Source of the DNA: Aquifex aeolicus VF5
GTDB taxonomy: Bacteria; Aquificota; Aquificia; Aquificales; Aquificaceae
Length of the DNA stretch: 32,000 nucleotides
NCBI RefSeq assembly: GCF_000008625.1
Contig: NC_000918.1
Coordinates: 180,001-212,000, forward strand
Direction of reading: 5' to 3'
Shown here: positions 9,867-23,604 of the stretch, in pieces
Layout: the number at the start of each line of letters is the position of its first letter
Position numbering within the stretch: the first letter of the stretch is position 1
Position numbers and translations under genes: made by a program
Notes under the pieces: model-generated
The model's input: only the letters and a program-made list of their open reading frames with translations
Databases searched by the model: none
What the model was told of the DNA's origin: nothing

Positions 9867-10262
9867 ATGAACAAACTCACTCTCTTGCTTAAGTTTTTGA
9901 TACAAGCCTTCATGTGGTTTGCCATAGCTTCGGAATTCGTCTCCTTACTTTACGAGATATTTCACTCCTTAAAAGAGAATTACTTTTTAGGTTTAGAGAC
10001 TCACAAGATACTAGTTAAAGTTCTGAATGTCATCATTATATACGAGCTCTTCACTACTCTTTTGATAGCACTTGAGGAAAGGAGGATAAAACTTATCCTG
10101 ATAATAGACACCGCGATGATATTCTTCATAAGGGAACTTCTCATCGTTCTCTTTACCTACAAAAAGCTTGAACTTAGTGAGGGTATCGCTTCAGCTTTAA
10201 TTCTCGGGACACTTGGTATCTTGAGGTTTCTCTACTTGAAGTACAAGATAGATGTAGAGTAA
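9867..10262 (+). CDS. PsiE-like small membrane protein
   Basis: 131 aa, four hydrophobic helices, 'LKVLNVIIIYELFTTLLIALEERRIKLILIIDTAMIFFIRELLIVLF' pattern. 10 nt after comM. Confidence 0.65.
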   Translation: MNKLTLLLKFLIQAFMWFAIASEFVSLLYEIFHSLKENYFLGLETHKILVKVLNVIIIYELFTTLLIALEERRIKLILIIDTAMIFFIRELLIVLFTYKKLELSEGIASALILGTLGILRFLYLKYKIDVE

Positions 10263-10267
10263 TTCTT

Positions 10268-11383
10268 ATGAAAAAGTTCTTTCCCCTCCTTCTCCTTCTG
10301 CTCCTGACTTTCGTTCCCGCTTTATACCTCCTCAATAAAAAAGAGTACGAAATTTATACCGTAAAGAAGGAAAAAGTTGAAAAAACCGTTTACGCTACCG
10401 GGTATGTAAAGGCTTTAAACGAAGTTGAGGTAAAGGCCAAGGTTGCCGGGTATGTATCGGAAGTTTACAAGGATGTGGGTCAAAAAGTCAAAAAGGGAGA
10501 ACCCCTCGCACGCATACAGAATAAACCCCTTGAAGAAAAAGTGAAAATTTTAGAAATTCAGCTTCAAAATTTAAAAGAAAAAATAAGGGAAGATTCACCC
10601 TTCATACGGGCTTACGAACTGAAAATAAAAGCCCTCCGCGAGGAGGTAAAGGAACTAGAAGAGAAACTCAAAAGGAGAAAGAGACTATATGAAAAGGAAC
10701 TAATTTCCAAGGAAGAGTACGAAAGCCTGAAGAGGAAGTACAGAGCAAAACTGGAAAGCTTAAAAGCCCTTGAGAGTGAATTCAAGGAGAGCGTTGAAGA
10801 AGTGAGGAGAAAGATAAGGGAAGTAAAGGCGAATTTAGAAAAGGCTAAAGAGGAACTCGGAGAGTACACAGTCAGGAGTCCCATAGACGGAGTTATTTTG
10901 AAGAAGAACGTGGAAGTCGGAGAGTACGTAAACACATTCATGGAGACAAAACCACTTTTTGTGGTGGGAAATACAGAAAAACTAAAAACTTACTTAGAAG
11001 TTGACGAAGAGTACTCCTCACTTGTAAAAAAGGGACAGGAAGTTTACGTAAGCGTTGAGTCTTTAAAGGACAAACTCTTTAAAGGGAAAATCGTAAAAGT
11101 TCACAAAAAGGTGGACGAAAAGAAGAAGGTTTTTTTAGTTGAAGCGGAGGTGGATTATTCAGAGAAAGTTCTTCCGGGAACTACCGTTGAGGGATACATC
11201 GTGGTTTACAGGGGAGAAGCACTTTTGATACCCGAAAAAGCTATTTTAGAAGGAAACAGAGTGAAGATTTTGAAGAACGGGAAAATCATCGATAAGACTA
11301 TAAAACTCGGTGAAACTTACGGGGACAAAGTGGAAGTCCTTGAAGGTTTGAAAGAAGGCGACAGGATAGTGATTGAGAAATGA
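10268..11383 (+). CDS. HlyD/MacA-type periplasmic adaptor (membrane fusion) protein
   Basis: 371 aa. N-terminal TM, VYATGYVKALNEVEVKAKVAGYVSEVYKDVGQKVKKGEPLARIQN, long coiled coil, YTVRSPIDGVILKKNVEVGEYV. Confidence 0.9.
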   Translation: MKKFFPLLLLLLLTFVPALYLLNKKEYEIYTVKKEKVEKTVYATGYVKALNEVEVKAKVAGYVSEVYKDVGQKVKKGEPLARIQNKPLEEKVKILEIQLQNLKEKIREDSPFIRAYELKIKALREEVKELEEKLKRRKRLYEKELISKEEYESLKRKYRAKLESLKALESEFKESVEEVRRKIREVKANLEKAKEELGEYTVRSPIDGVILKKNVEVGEYVNTFMETKPLFVVGNTEKLKTYLEVDEEYSSLVKKGQEVYVSVESLKDKLFKGKIVKVHKKVDEKKKVFLVEAEVDYSEKVLPGTTVEGYIVVYRGEALLIPEKAILEGNRVKILKNGKIIDKTIKLGETYGDKVEVLEGLKEGDRIVIEK

Positions 11384-12622
11384 GGGCTGTTCTCTTTCTG
11401 TCCTTTAAGTTCTTCGTGGAGAGGAAAAGACAGAGCTTTATAGCTACTCTGGGGGTGATGATAGGAACGACTGCTTACATCGTTATGAGTTCAATGGTAA
11501 ACGGCTTTCAGAAGTACTTCTTAGAAGAAGCCCTTAACATAAACGGACACGTAAAGATATTCGTGGAAGCAAGGGAAAAGGGAGAAAGTTTTTTAAAAAA
11601 GTTCTTTCCCGATAAAAACTTCAAGATTCTGGGAGAAAAACCGGAAGAGACAAAGGACAAAATAGCGAACTACCGTGAAATCCTGAGGAAATATTCACAG
11701 GATAAAAACGTCATAGGGATAACCGTTCACCTCATCGGAAACGGAGTCCTCACTTACGGGGTAAAGGAAAAACCCGCTACCTTTGTGGGCATAATCCCAA
11801 AGCTTGAGGACAAAACTTTAAACGTTTCAAAGTATTTACAAGAGGGAAGACTTAACGAACTTGAAAGAAACAAGGACTACGTAATTCTCGGTATAAAGCT
11901 CGCTCAGGAACTGGGAATAAGGGAAACGGGAAAAAAGGTTCTCCTTTACGCTCCGAGCGGTGAGGTCTACAGACTCAAAGTAATAGACTTTCTAAACACC
12001 GGGATAACCGAGATAGATAAGTCCAGAATCTACCTTCACATAAAGAAGCTCCAAGACATTCTTGAAAGACAAGGGGAAGTAAATGAAGTAGTTTTAAAGC
12101 TAAAGGATCCAGACCTTGCACCTTTTTACGCGGAAAAGCTCTCAAGAGAAACGGGCTACAAGGCGGAAAGCTGGCAGGAGTCTTTTAAAAACTTCCTCTC
12201 TATATTCAAAATTCAAAAGATAATCACGCGTTCCGTAGTCTTTTCCATACTTTTGGTTTCGGGTTTTGGGATATTCAACATAATAATGATGACAGTGATG
12301 GAAAAGCGAAGGGAAATAGCGATTCTAAAGGCTATGGGCTACGAAAAGAGGGATTTAATCCTCATCTTTACCCTTCAGGGACTCATCATAGGACTCTTGG
12401 GCGGTATCCTCGGAAACATCCTTGCCTACGGAATGCTTGAGTGGCTCGAAACCCTAAGGATAGAAGTTGAGGGAATTATCAGAGCGAAGGGTTTTATCCT
12501 TGACAGGAGTTTGTGGTATCACTTCTTCGGTTTTGTGTTTGCGCTCCTCACCTCTTACCTTGCCTCCTTTTATCCCGCATACAGGGCTTCAAAGTTCCAT
12601 CCCGTGGAGGTCTTCAGAAGCG

Positions 12623-12630
<8 letters not shown>
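11380..12630 (+). CDS. MacB/LolC-like ABC transporter permease
   Basis: 416 aa. N-terminal TM, large extracytoplasmic domain, then MTVMEKRREIAILKAMGYEKRDLILIFTLQGLIIGLLGGILG and C-terminal YPAYRASKFHPVEVFR. 4-nt overlap with the adaptor gene. Confidence 0.9.
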
Positions 12631-14564
<1,934 letters not shown>

Positions 14565-14570
14565 AACAAG

Positions 14571-14580
14571 AATTATAATT
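14571..14580. promoter_or_regulatory. Perfect palindrome AATTATAATT in the serS/glmS divergent spacer (candidate shared bidirectional -10)
   Basis: Contains TATAAT on both strands. It lies 9 nt from the serS ATG and 10 nt from the glmS ATG. Confidence 0.45.
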
Positions 14581-14590
14581 GAAGTTAGAC

Positions 14591-16369
14591 ATGTGCGGGA
14601 TAGTCGGATACGTAGGGAGGGATTTAGCCCTTCCTATAGTCCTCGGAGCTCTTGAGAGACTCGAATACAGGGGTTACGACTCCGCGGGAGTTGCCCTTAT
14701 AGAAGACGGGAAACTCATAGTTGAAAAGAAGAAGGGAAAGATAAGGGAACTCGTTAAAGCGCTATGGGGAAAGGATTACAAGGCTAAAACGGGTATAGGT
14801 CACACACGCTGGGCAACCCACGGAAAGCCCACGGACGAGAACGCCCACCCCCACACCGACGAAAAAGGTGAGTTTGCAGTAGTTCACAACGGGATAATAG
14901 AAAACTACTTAGAACTAAAAGAGGAACTAAAGAAGGAAGGTGTAAAGTTCAGGTCCGAAACAGACACAGAAGTTATAGCCCACCTCATAGCGAAGAACTA
15001 CAGGGGGGACTTACTGGAGGCCGTTTTAAAAACCGTAAAGAAATTAAAGGGTGCTTTTGCCTTTGCGGTTATAACGGTTCACGAACCAAACAGACTAATA
15101 GGAGTGAAGCAGGGGAGTCCTTTAATCGTCGGACTCGGAGAAGGAGAAAACTTCCTCGCTTCAGATATTCCCGCAATACTTCCTTACACGAAAAAGATTA
15201 TTGTTCTTGATGACGGGGAAATAGCGGACCTGACTCCCGACACTGTGAACATTTACAACTTTGAGGGAGAGCCCGTTTCAAAGGAAGTAATGATTACGCC
15301 CTGGGATCTTGTTTCTGCGGAAAAGGGTGGTTTTAAACACTTCATGCTAAAAGAGATATACGAACAGCCCAAAGCCATAAACGACACACTCAAGGGTTTC
15401 CTCTCAACCGAAGACGCAATACCCTTTAAGTTAAAAGACTTCAGAAGGGTTTTAATAATAGCGTGCGGGACCTCTTACCACGCGGGCTTCGTCGGAAAGT
15501 ACTGGATAGAGAGATTTGCAGGTGTTCCCACAGAGGTAATTTACGCTTCGGAATTCAGGTATGCGGACGTTCCCGTTTCGGACAAGGATATCGTTATCGG
15601 AATTTCCCAGTCAGGAGAGACCGCTGACACAAAGTTTGCCCTTCAGTCCGCAAAGGAAAAGGGAGCCTTTACCGTGGGACTCGTAAACGTAGTGGGAAGT
15701 GCCATAGACAGGGAGTCGGACTTTTCCCTTCACACACATGCGGGACCCGAAATAGGCGTGGCGGCTACAAAGACCTTCACCGCACAGCTCACCGCACTCT
15801 ACGCCCTTTCGGTAAGGGAAAGTGAGGAGAGGGAAAATCTAATAAGACTCCTTGAAAAGGTTCCATCACTCGTTGAACAAACACTGAACACCGCAGAAGA
15901 AGTGGAGAAGGTAGCGGAAAAGTACATGAAAAAGAAAAACATGCTTTACCTCGGAAGGTACTTAAATTACCCCATAGCGCTGGAGGGAGCTCTTAAACTT
16001 AAAGAAATTTCTTACATACACGCGGAAGGTTATCCCGCAGGGGAGATGAAGCACGGTCCCATAGCCCTCATAGACGAAAACATGCCGGTTGTGGTAATCG
16101 CACCGAAAGACAGGGTTTACGAGAAGATACTCTCAAACGTAGAAGAGGTTCTCGCAAGAAAGGGAAGGGTTATTTCTGTAGGCTTTAAAGGAGACGAAAC
16201 TCTCAAAAGCAAATCCGAGAGCGTTATGGAAATCCCGAAGGCAGAAGAACCGATAACTCCTTTCTTGACGGTAATACCCCTGCAACTCTTTGCCTACTTT
16301 ATAGCGAGCAAACTGGGACTGGATGTGGATCAGCCGAGAAATCTCGCCAAAACGGTCACGGTGGAATAA
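14591..16369 (+). CDS. glmS: Glutamine--fructose-6-phosphate aminotransferase (isomerizing)
   Basis: MCGIVGYVG N-terminus with the catalytic Cys after Met, GIGHTRWATHGKPTDENAHPHTD, two SIS domains, C-terminal DQPRNLAKTVTVE. The track start at TTG 14579 is rejected because Cys must be the mature N-terminus. Confidence 0.97.
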   Translation: MCGIVGYVGRDLALPIVLGALERLEYRGYDSAGVALIEDGKLIVEKKKGKIRELVKALWGKDYKAKTGIGHTRWATHGKPTDENAHPHTDEKGEFAVVHNGIIENYLELKEELKKEGVKFRSETDTEVIAHLIAKNYRGDLLEAVLKTVKKLKGAFAFAVITVHEPNRLIGVKQGSPLIVGLGEGENFLASDIPAILPYTKKIIVLDDGEIADLTPDTVNIYNFEGEPVSKEVMITPWDLVSAEKGGFKHFMLKEIYEQPKAINDTLKGFLSTEDAIPFKLKDFRRVLIIACGTSYHAGFVGKYWIERFAGVPTEVIYASEFRYADVPVSDKDIVIGISQSGETADTKFALQSAKEKGAFTVGLVNVVGSAIDRESDFSLHTHAGPEIGVAATKTFTAQLTALYALSVRESEERENLIRLLEKVPSLVEQTLNTAEEVEKVAEKYMKKKNMLYLGRYLNYPIALEGALKLKEISYIHAEGYPAGEMKHGPIALIDENMPVVVIAPKDRVYEKILSNVEEVLARKGRVISVGFKGDETLKSKSESVMEIPKAEEPITPFLTVIPLQLFAYFIASKLGLDVDQPRNLAKTVTVE

Positions 16370-16714
16370 TCACTCTTCCTCTTCCACGAAGGTTGCGAGT
16401 ATCGTCTCTATAATTCCGAGAATAATAGATACTATATTCGCCGCGAGGGCTCCCATGGCGAGTCCCACAGCCTCCTCAACGCTTCCAAGGAAGTAAACAA
16501 AGCCCGCGGGTATCAGGTGAAGGTCCGCAACCAAACTGGAAGCCATGAGCTCGTTCGAGAGAATTCTTCCTTCTCCCATCTTAAGGATTGTGGCAAATAG
16601 GTTTGCGGAAATCGTGATGGCAAGCTCGTAAGGATTGGGACTCAAAACGAAACTTATGTTCGTGGTAAGAGCCATGAGTATAAAGAAGTGGGTAAGTATT
16701 TTCCTTAATCTCAT
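16370..16714 (-). CDS. Small conserved-type membrane protein adjacent to K+ channel
   Basis: 114 aa with about three hydrophobic segments. 4-nt overlap with the upstream channel gene, and its stop codon directly abuts the glmS stop. Confidence 0.7.
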   Translation of the reverse strand: MRLRKILTHFFILMALTTNISFVLSPNPYELAITISANLFATILKMGEGRILSNELMASSLVADLHLIPAGFVYFLGSVEEAVGLAMGALAANIVSIILGIIETILATFVEEEE

Positions 16715-17817
16715 ACCTTAGCCTCCACTTTTCTGAGCAGAATCCTTTGAGCCTTTCTCAGGTTTTTAGGATGACCAAACAGTATTAAAGTGTCTCCTGG
16801 TTCTATTTTCGTTTCACCGCTCACGGTAACGATAAGTTTTCCGTCTGGTTTCCTTACCGCTATTACCGTAACACCGAGGTTTTTCCTGAGATCGAGTTCC
16901 TTTAACTGCTTTCCTACGAGCTCGGAGTCTTCTGGCACCGTTACTTCAAGTATATCTATTTCCGTCTCTTCACCGAAAGCTATCCTGTCAAAAAGGTCCG
17001 AGATAAAAGCAGAACCAGCATGGAATACATAAGCTGCCACCCTCGTCGCCAAGAGCCTGTAAGGAACTACTGCCCTGTTTGCACCCAGTTCTTCCAGTTT
17101 TTGAGCCGTGTCTTCGGAAGAAGCGAAGGAATAAATGAAGAAGTCTTCCTTTTTAGGTCTCATTAACCTCGCGGTAACTATAACAGCTATGTTTTTAGCG
17201 TCGTCTCCTAGATTCACTACCATTCCCATTGCCTTATATATGCCAGCAGCCTCAAGAACTACTCTCTTGTATGGTTCTTCAATTATGTAGTACTTAACCT
17301 TTGATTCCTTTATCTGCCTTTCAACTTCTCTCCTGCTATCCACCACTACGATTTCTATCTTTCTCTTCCTCAGGAGCCGTATTAATTCCTGAGAAGTTTT
17401 GTTAAATCCAACTATTATGAAGTGTCCCCTAAGCTTCTCTATATCCCTTAACATTTTCCAGGCTCTTAAAACACCTATAAAGTCTTCCTGAAAGAATATT
17501 CTAATGAGAATGGTAACCGAAGTTGTAAAAACACCTATTCCGCCGAGAGCCAGAAAAGTGGTAAAAGTTCTTCCGATGAGTGTGTCGCTTCCCTCGACAA
17601 CCTCTCCGTACCCAATAGTTCCAACCGTTATAACAGTCATGTAGAGGGAGTTTATAAAGTCACCATCGGACAAAATCATGTACCCAAGAGTTCCTATAGT
17701 TAGTACAGTATGGAGCATAAGGAGGGGAAGACGAAAGAGGGAAAGGATTTCAAAGAGGCGGTTCTCGTAAATGTCTATAAGTCTTTTTCTTCTCTTCTTT
17801 TTTCTAACAAACCGCAT
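16711..17817 (-). CDS. Kch/MthK-type potassium channel with RCK (TrkA-N, TrkA-C) domains
   Basis: 368 aa. Filter [16 protein letters not shown]; TrkA-N-like [30 protein letters not shown]; TrkA-C-like [31 protein letters not shown]...[11 protein letters not shown]. Confidence 0.9.
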   Translation of the reverse strand: MRFVRKKKRRKRLIDIYENRLFEILSLFRLPLLMLHTVLTIGTLGYMILSDGDFINSLYMTVITVGTIGYGEVVEGSDTLIGRTFTTFLALGGIGVFTTSVTILIRIFFQEDFIGVLRAWKMLRDIEKLRGHFIIVGFNKTSQELIRLLRKRKIEIVVVDSRREVERQIKESKVKYYIIEEPYKRVVLEAAGIYKAMGMVVNLGDDAKNIAVIVTARLMRPKKEDFFIYSFASSEDTAQKLEELGANRAVVPYRLLATRVAAYVFHAGSAFISDLFDRIAFGEETEIDILEVTVPEDSELVGKQLKELDLRKNLGVTVIAVRKPDGKLIVTVSGETKIEPGDTLILFGHPKNLRKAQRILLRKVEAKV

Positions 17818-20674
17818 TAAGCTCTATACCCATCTCGGAAAGTGCTTTTGCACACCTTTTGCAAACGCATCCCACGAACTCCTCTTTCTGGTAGTATATC
17901 CAGCATCTCGGACATTTCTCCCCTTCCGCTTTATTTACGCCTACCTTAACGGGAAGTTCTTCTCCTTCTATCTGAACTTCTCCTCCCTCTCTCAGCTCAA
18001 CCTGACTGACCGTAAAGAAGAAGTTCAGGTAATCCTCGTACTTTTTAAGGAGACTTTCTACACTCTCGTCACCCCTTATGTAAACCTTTGCTTCGTAAGG
18101 GTGCTTGATTATTCCCTTTTCCTTCCTAGCCACTTCCAGTGCCCTCATCACCTCGTCCCTTACCTTTAGGAGAATTTCGTAGTCCTTTAGTACTTCCTCA
18201 TCTTTCAGATTCTCATCGGGCTTTGGCATTTCGTAGAGGAATACGCTCTCGGGAAGTGAAGGGTCAAGCTTCCCTACGTGCTCCCATAGCTCTTCTGCTG
18301 TAAAGCTCAGATATGGAGCTGTGCTCGTTGTGAGTGCGATAAGTAGGTGCCACAGGGCTGTTTGAGCAGAGCGCCTCTCCCATGAGGCCGGAGCGTAAAC
18401 GTAGAGTCTATCCTTTAAAACGTCAAGGTATATCGCAGAAAGGGTAGTTATTACGAAGTTCTTTATGTGGTTGTGAACGCGATAAAAGAGGAACTTCTCG
18501 TAATTTTCGTGAACCTTCTTAAGTAAGTTCTGGAGTTCGGAGATTATCCACCTGTCAAAGTGGTGGAGCTTTTCAAAGGGAAGGGCATTCGTTCTTGGGT
18601 TAAAGTCGTACAGGTTTCCTATAATGAACCTTAAAGTGTTTCTTATCTTCCTGTAGTCATCAGCTATCTTCTTTAAGAGGTTTTTACCGAGCTTTACATC
18701 TTCTGTGTAGTCCTCGGACACAACCCAGAGTCTTAAGATATCCGCCCCGAACTCCTTTACCACTTCCTGAGGGGATATCACGTTCCCGAGGGACTTGGAC
18801 ATCTTTCTTCCTTTCTCGTCCACTATAAATCCGTGGGTGAGAACCGCTTTGTAGGGAGCTTCTAAGTATGAGCCTACGGACTCAAGGAGAGATGCCTGGA
18901 ACCAGCCTCTGTGCTGGTCCGAACCTTCTAAGTATAGGTCCGCCTTCTGAAAGCCGAGAGGTCTTATTACCGCTGCGTGGGAACATCCCGAGTCAAACCA
19001 GACGTCCAGGATATCTTCTTCCTTTGTAAAGCTATCTCCTCCGCACTTGGGGCATTTGTAGCCCTCTGGAAGGAGCTGGGAGGAGGTGAGTTCAAACCAC
19101 ACGTCGCTTCCCTTTTCCGAGTTCTCAACGAGCTGGGCTACTCTCTCAAAAACTTCCCTATCTTTTATAATCTCCCCGCAGTTCTCGCAGTAAAAGACCG
19201 TTATGGGAACACCCCAGAACCTCTGTCTGGATATACACCAGTCGGGTCTGTTCTCAACCATGCTCTTTATCCTGTTCTTACCGTACTCGGGAATCCACTT
19301 AACTTTTTCTATTTCCTCCAGTGCCCTCTGCCTTAAGGTTTTCCCGAAAAACTCAATGTCCATGCCTATGAACCACTGGGGTGTAGCCCTGAAGATTACT
19401 GGGTTTTTACAGCGCCAGCAGTGGGGATAAGAGTGCCTTATCTTTTCCTCGTGAACTAAAAAGCCCTTTTCTTTCAGAACTCCTACGATTAAGTGGTTTG
19501 CGTCAAAAACGCGAACGTTTATGAGAAATTCGGGAGCAGGTTCTACAAACCTCCCCTCGTCGCTGACGGGTGCGTAGGGCTCAAGTCCGTACCTCTGACC
19601 GACTACGTAGTCTTCCTGCCCGTGTCCGGGAGCCATGTGAACGAGTCCCGTTCCCGTATCTAAGCTAACAAATTCCGAGGGGTATATCTTCCACATGTTC
19701 TTTAAGGTTTCCTCGGAAAGATGTCCCTTTAACTTTTCCTTTTCCACGAATGGGTGGGTGTATTCAAGTCCCACTAAATCCTTTCCCTTTACGGTTTCAA
19801 GGACTAAACCTTCTGGTCTGTTTACGGTTTCAAAAAATTTGTCCATTAATTCCTTTGCCACTATCCAGACCTCATCTTCAACTTCCACGAGGACGTAGTC
19901 CGCGTCTTCCTTTACCATTATTCCGAGGTTTGCGGGAAGGGTCCACGGAGTTGTGGTCCAAATAATCGCGAAAACTTTCTTATCCTTAATACCGAACTTT
20001 TCTCCGCTCTTTAGGGGGAACTTGACGTAAATGGAGGGGTCCTCTTTTTCGTAATACTCCACTTCCGCTTCCGCTTCCGCTGTTTTGTCGTATATACACC
20101 AGTAAACGGGCTTCTTACTCCTGTAAGCGAGTCCACGTTCAAAGAACTTCCCGAGCTCCCTTATCTCCTGAGCCTCGTATTTGGGGTCCATGGTGAGGTA
20201 AGGGTGTTCCCAGTCTCCGAGCACTCCGAGTCTTACGAAGTCCTCCCTTTGTATGTTTACGTATTTCTTTGCGTATTCCCTGCAAAGTTCTCTGAACTCT
20301 GTCTTTGGGAGGCTCTCTTTTTTTATTTTCTTCTTGGAGAGCTCCTTTTCCACAGCTCTTTCTATGGGAAGACCGTGGCAGTCCCAGCCGGGAATGAAGT
20401 TAACGTTCTTTCCGATAAGGAGGTTGTACTTATTTATAACGTCCTTGAGGATTTTATTTAGGGCATGTCCCACGTGTATGTGTCCGTTAGCGTAAGGGGG
20501 TCCGTCGTGGAGCACGAAAACCTCTCTACCTTTTCTCTCCTTCTGTATTTTTTCGTAGAGTCCCTTCCACTTTTCCAGGATTTGGGGTTCTCTCTGGGGC
20601 AGGTTTGCCTTCATGGGAAATTCCGTTCTGGGCAGATTCAGAGTGTCTTTCAGGTCAACCTTCTTCTCTTCCAT
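17804..20674 (-). CDS. ileS: Isoleucyl-tRNA synthetase
   Basis: 956 aa. [18 protein letters not shown] (HIGH), KMSKSLGN (KMSKS), [10 protein letters not shown]-terminal zinc ligands [21 protein letters not shown]. Confidence 0.97.
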   Translation of the reverse strand: MEEKKVDLKDTLNLPRTEFPMKANLPQREPQILEKWKGLYEKIQKERKGREVFVLHDGPPYANGHIHVGHALNKILKDVINKYNLLIGKNVNFIPGWDCHGLPIERAVEKELSKKKIKKESLPKTEFRELCREYAKKYVNIQREDFVRLGVLGDWEHPYLTMDPKYEAQEIRELGKFFERGLAYRSKKPVYWCIYDKTAEAEAEVEYYEKEDPSIYVKFPLKSGEKFGIKDKKVFAIIWTTTPWTLPANLGIMVKEDADYVLVEVEDEVWIVAKELMDKFFETVNRPEGLVLETVKGKDLVGLEYTHPFVEKEKLKGHLSEETLKNMWKIYPSEFVSLDTGTGLVHMAPGHGQEDYVVGQRYGLEPYAPVSDEGRFVEPAPEFLINVRVFDANHLIVGVLKEKGFLVHEEKIRHSYPHCWRCKNPVIFRATPQWFIGMDIEFFGKTLRQRALEEIEKVKWIPEYGKNRIKSMVENRPDWCISRQRFWGVPITVFYCENCGEIIKDREVFERVAQLVENSEKGSDVWFELTSSQLLPEGYKCPKCGGDSFTKEEDILDVWFDSGCSHAAVIRPLGFQKADLYLEGSDQHRGWFQASLLESVGSYLEAPYKAVLTHGFIVDEKGRKMSKSLGNVISPQEVVKEFGADILRLWVVSEDYTEDVKLGKNLLKKIADDYRKIRNTLRFIIGNLYDFNPRTNALPFEKLHHFDRWIISELQNLLKKVHENYEKFLFYRVHNHIKNFVITTLSAIYLDVLKDRLYVYAPASWERRSAQTALWHLLIALTTSTAPYLSFTAEELWEHVGKLDPSLPESVFLYEMPKPDENLKDEEVLKDYEILLKVRDEVMRALEVARKEKGIIKHPYEAKVYIRGDESVESLLKKYEDYLNFFFTVSQVELREGGEVQIEGEELPVKVGVNKAEGEKCPRCWIYYQKEEFVGCVCKRCAKALSEMGIELNAVC

Positions 20675-20712
20675 AAGGATTATTTTACGAAATGGTTTAA
20701 ATTTTCTTTCTT

Positions 20713-23292
20713 ATGGAGAAATCTGAGAAAGAGCTCACTCCCATGCTCTCACAATACCACTACTTCAAAAATCAGTACCCCGACTGTTTGCTTCTCTTCA
20801 GACTCGGAGACTTTTACGAGCTCTTTTACGAAGACGCTTACATAGGCTCTAAAGAACTGGGACTTGTTCTCACCTCAAGACCCGCGGGAAAGGGAAAGGA
20901 AAGGATACCCATGTGCGGAGTTCCCTACCACTCCGCAAACTCCTACATAGCTAAACTCGTAAACAAGGGATACAAAGTAGCCATATGCGAGCAGGTGGAG
21001 GATCCTTCTAAGGCAAAAGGTATCGTAAAGAGGGAGGTAGTAAGGGTAATCACTCCCGGAACTTTCTTTGAAAGGGACACGGGAGGACTCGCATCACTCT
21101 ACAAAAAAGGAAATCATTACTACGTAGGTTATCTAAACCTTGCGGTAGGGGAGTTCTTGGGAGCTAAGGTAAAGATAGAGGAACTCCTTGACCTTCTCTC
21201 AAAGTTAAACATAAAAGAAATACTCGTAAAAAAAGGGGAAAAATTACCAGAAGAACTGGAAAAAGTTTTGAAGGTTTACGTAAGCGAGCTGGAAGAGGAG
21301 TTCTTTGAAGAAGGGAGTGAAGAAATTTTAAAGGATTTCGGGGTTTTGAGCCTTCAAGCCTTCGGTTTTGAAGAGGACACTTATTCCCTTCCCTTGGGAG
21401 CTGTTTACAAGTACGCAAAAACGACACAAAAGGGCTACACACCTCTCATTCCGAGACCAAAACCTTACAGAGATGAAGGCTTCGTAAGACTCGACATAAA
21501 AGCGATAAAAGGGCTTGAAATTCTGGAAAGCCTTGAGGGTAGAAAGGACATATCTCTCTTCAAGGTAATAGACAGAACCTTAACGGGGATGGGAAGGAGG
21601 AGGCTAAAGTTCAGGCTTCTTTCTCCCTTTCGTAGCAGGGAAAAGATTGAAAGGATACAGGAAGGTGTGCAGGAGTTAAAAGAAAACAGGGAAGCGCTTT
21701 TGAAGATAAGGCAGATACTGGAGGGAATGGCGGACCTAGAAAGACTCGTTTCCAAGATAAGCTCTAACATGGCAACACCGAGGGAGCTCGTTTACCTCAA
21801 AAACTCCCTGAAAAAAGTGGAAGAACTCAGACTCCTCCTTTTGGAATTAAAGGCTCCCATCTTCAAGGAAATCTTACAAAACTTTGAAGACACAAAAAAG
21901 ATAATAAACGACATAGAAAAGACGCTCGTTGAGGACCCTCCCCTTCACGTAAAAGAGGGCGGGCTCATAAGGGAAGGTGTGAACGCGTATCTTGACGAAC
22001 TCAGGTTCATCAGGGACAACGCTGAAACTTACCTCAGGGAGTACGAAAAAAAACTGAGGCAAGAGACGGGCATCCAGAGCCTGAAGATTGGCTACAACAA
22101 GGTTATGGGCTACTACATAGAAGTGACAAAGCCAAACCTAAAGTACGTCCCTTCCTACTTCAGGAGAAGGCAAACTCTTTCTAACTCCGAGCGTTTCACC
22201 ACGGAAGAACTCCAGAGACTTGAGGAGAAAATACTTTCCGCCCAGACACGCATAAACGACCTTGAGTACGAACTCTATAAAGAGCTCAGGGAAAGAGTAG
22301 TAAAGGAACTGGACAAAGTAGGAAACAACGCAAGTGCGGTTGCGGAAGTTGACTTCATTCAGTCCCTTGCACAAATAGCTTACGAGAAGGACTGGGCAAA
22401 ACCCCAAATCCACGAAGGTTATGAGCTGATAATAGAGGAGGGAAGGCATCCCGTAATAGAAGAGTTCGTAGAAAACTACGTCCCTAACGACACGAAATTG
22501 GACAGAGACTCCTTCATACACGTGATAACAGGTCCGAACATGGCGGGCAAATCCAGTTATATAAGGCAGGTGGGAGTCCTCACACTCCTTTCCCACATCG
22601 GTAGTTTTATCCCTGCAAGGAGAGCAAAAATACCCGTCGTTGACGCCCTATTTACGAGGATAGGTTCGGGAGATGTTCTGGCTTTAGGAGTTTCAACCTT
22701 TATGAACGAGATGCTTGAGGTTTCTAATATCCTGAACAACGCAACCGAAAAAAGTTTAGTAATCCTGGACGAGGTGGGAAGGGGAACTTCCACCTACGAC
22801 GGCATAGCTATATCAAAAGCCATAGTAAAGTACATAAGCGAAAAGTTAAAGGCAAAAACTCTTCTCGCCACACACTTTCTGGAAATAACCGAGCTGGAAG
22901 GAAAAATAGAAGGAGTAAAAAATTACCACATGGAAGTGGAGAAGACCCCCGAAGGAATAAGGTTTTTATATATTCTCAAGGAAGGAAAGGCTGAAGGCAG
23001 TTTCGGTATAGAGGTAGCAAAACTCGCAGGACTTCCTGAAGAAGTGGTAGAAGAGGCGAGGAAAATTTTAAGAGAGCTTGAAGAAAAGGAAAACAAGAAG
23101 GAGGATATCGTTCCCTTGCTTGAGGAAACCTTCAAAAAATCCGAAGAGGCTCAAAGACTTGAGGAGTACGAGGAAATAATCAAAAAGATTGAAGAAATAG
23201 ACATAGGGAACACAACTCCCCTTCAGGCACTCCTTATACTTGCGGAGCTAAAAAAGAAGTGCAGTTTCTCTAAAAAGGAGTCCGGAGCTTGA
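20713..23292 (+). CDS. mutS: DNA mismatch repair protein MutS
   Basis: 859 aa. [71 protein letters not shown]. Confidence 0.97.
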
Positions 23293-23337
23293 ACTTACGG
23301 ATTATGGAATTATCTTGACTTAGTAGGAGTGATATGT

Positions 23338-23604
23338 ATGGTAGGAAAAGATGAAATCGTAGTAAAAGTTTTACCTAAAGGACAGATAACCTTGCCCAAG
23401 AGAATAAGAGAAAAACTAGGAATACGGGAAGGCGATATTTTAATTGTTGAAGAAAAGGAAGGAAAATTAGAAATCAGGAAACCTAAAAGCCTTAGGGACT
23501 TCTATGGTTTCCTGAAAGGAAAGAAATCTATTAATAGGGAGAATATAGAAAGAGTTATTGAAGAGGTTGTAAAGGAACGTGAACTTGAAAAAGATAGTCG
23601 TTGA
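23338..23604 (+). CDS. AbrB/MazE/SpoVT-type DNA-binding protein, VapB-like antitoxin
   Basis: VVKVLPKGQITLPKRIREKLGIREGDILIVEEKEGKLEIRK. ATG 23338 has a TAGGAGT SD-like element. Overlaps the following PIN gene. Confidence 0.85.
   Translation: MVGKDEIVVKVLPKGQITLPKRIREKLGIREGDILIVEEKEGKLEIRKPKSLRDFYGFLKGKKSINRENIERVIEEVVKERELEKDSR

Noticed and set aside
12467-12622. N-terminal extension of the ABC ATPase ORF
   Set aside because: The extra residues (MRELSERRVLSLTG...) are the permease gene read out of frame. Homology starts near GTG 12623.
14579-14590. TTG start of glmS given by the ORF track
   Set aside because: The enzyme requires Cys immediately after the initiator Met, so ATG 14591 is the start.
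17771-20845. Plus-strand ORFs antisense to ileS (for example 17771..18169, 18977..19336, 20465..20845)
   Set aside because: Low-complexity Phe/Ser-rich translations lying opposite an unambiguous ileS gene or across the ileS/mutS spacer.
21164-23135. Minus-strand ORFs within mutS
   Set aside because: Entirely opposite an intact 859-aa MutS frame, with no family-like motifs.
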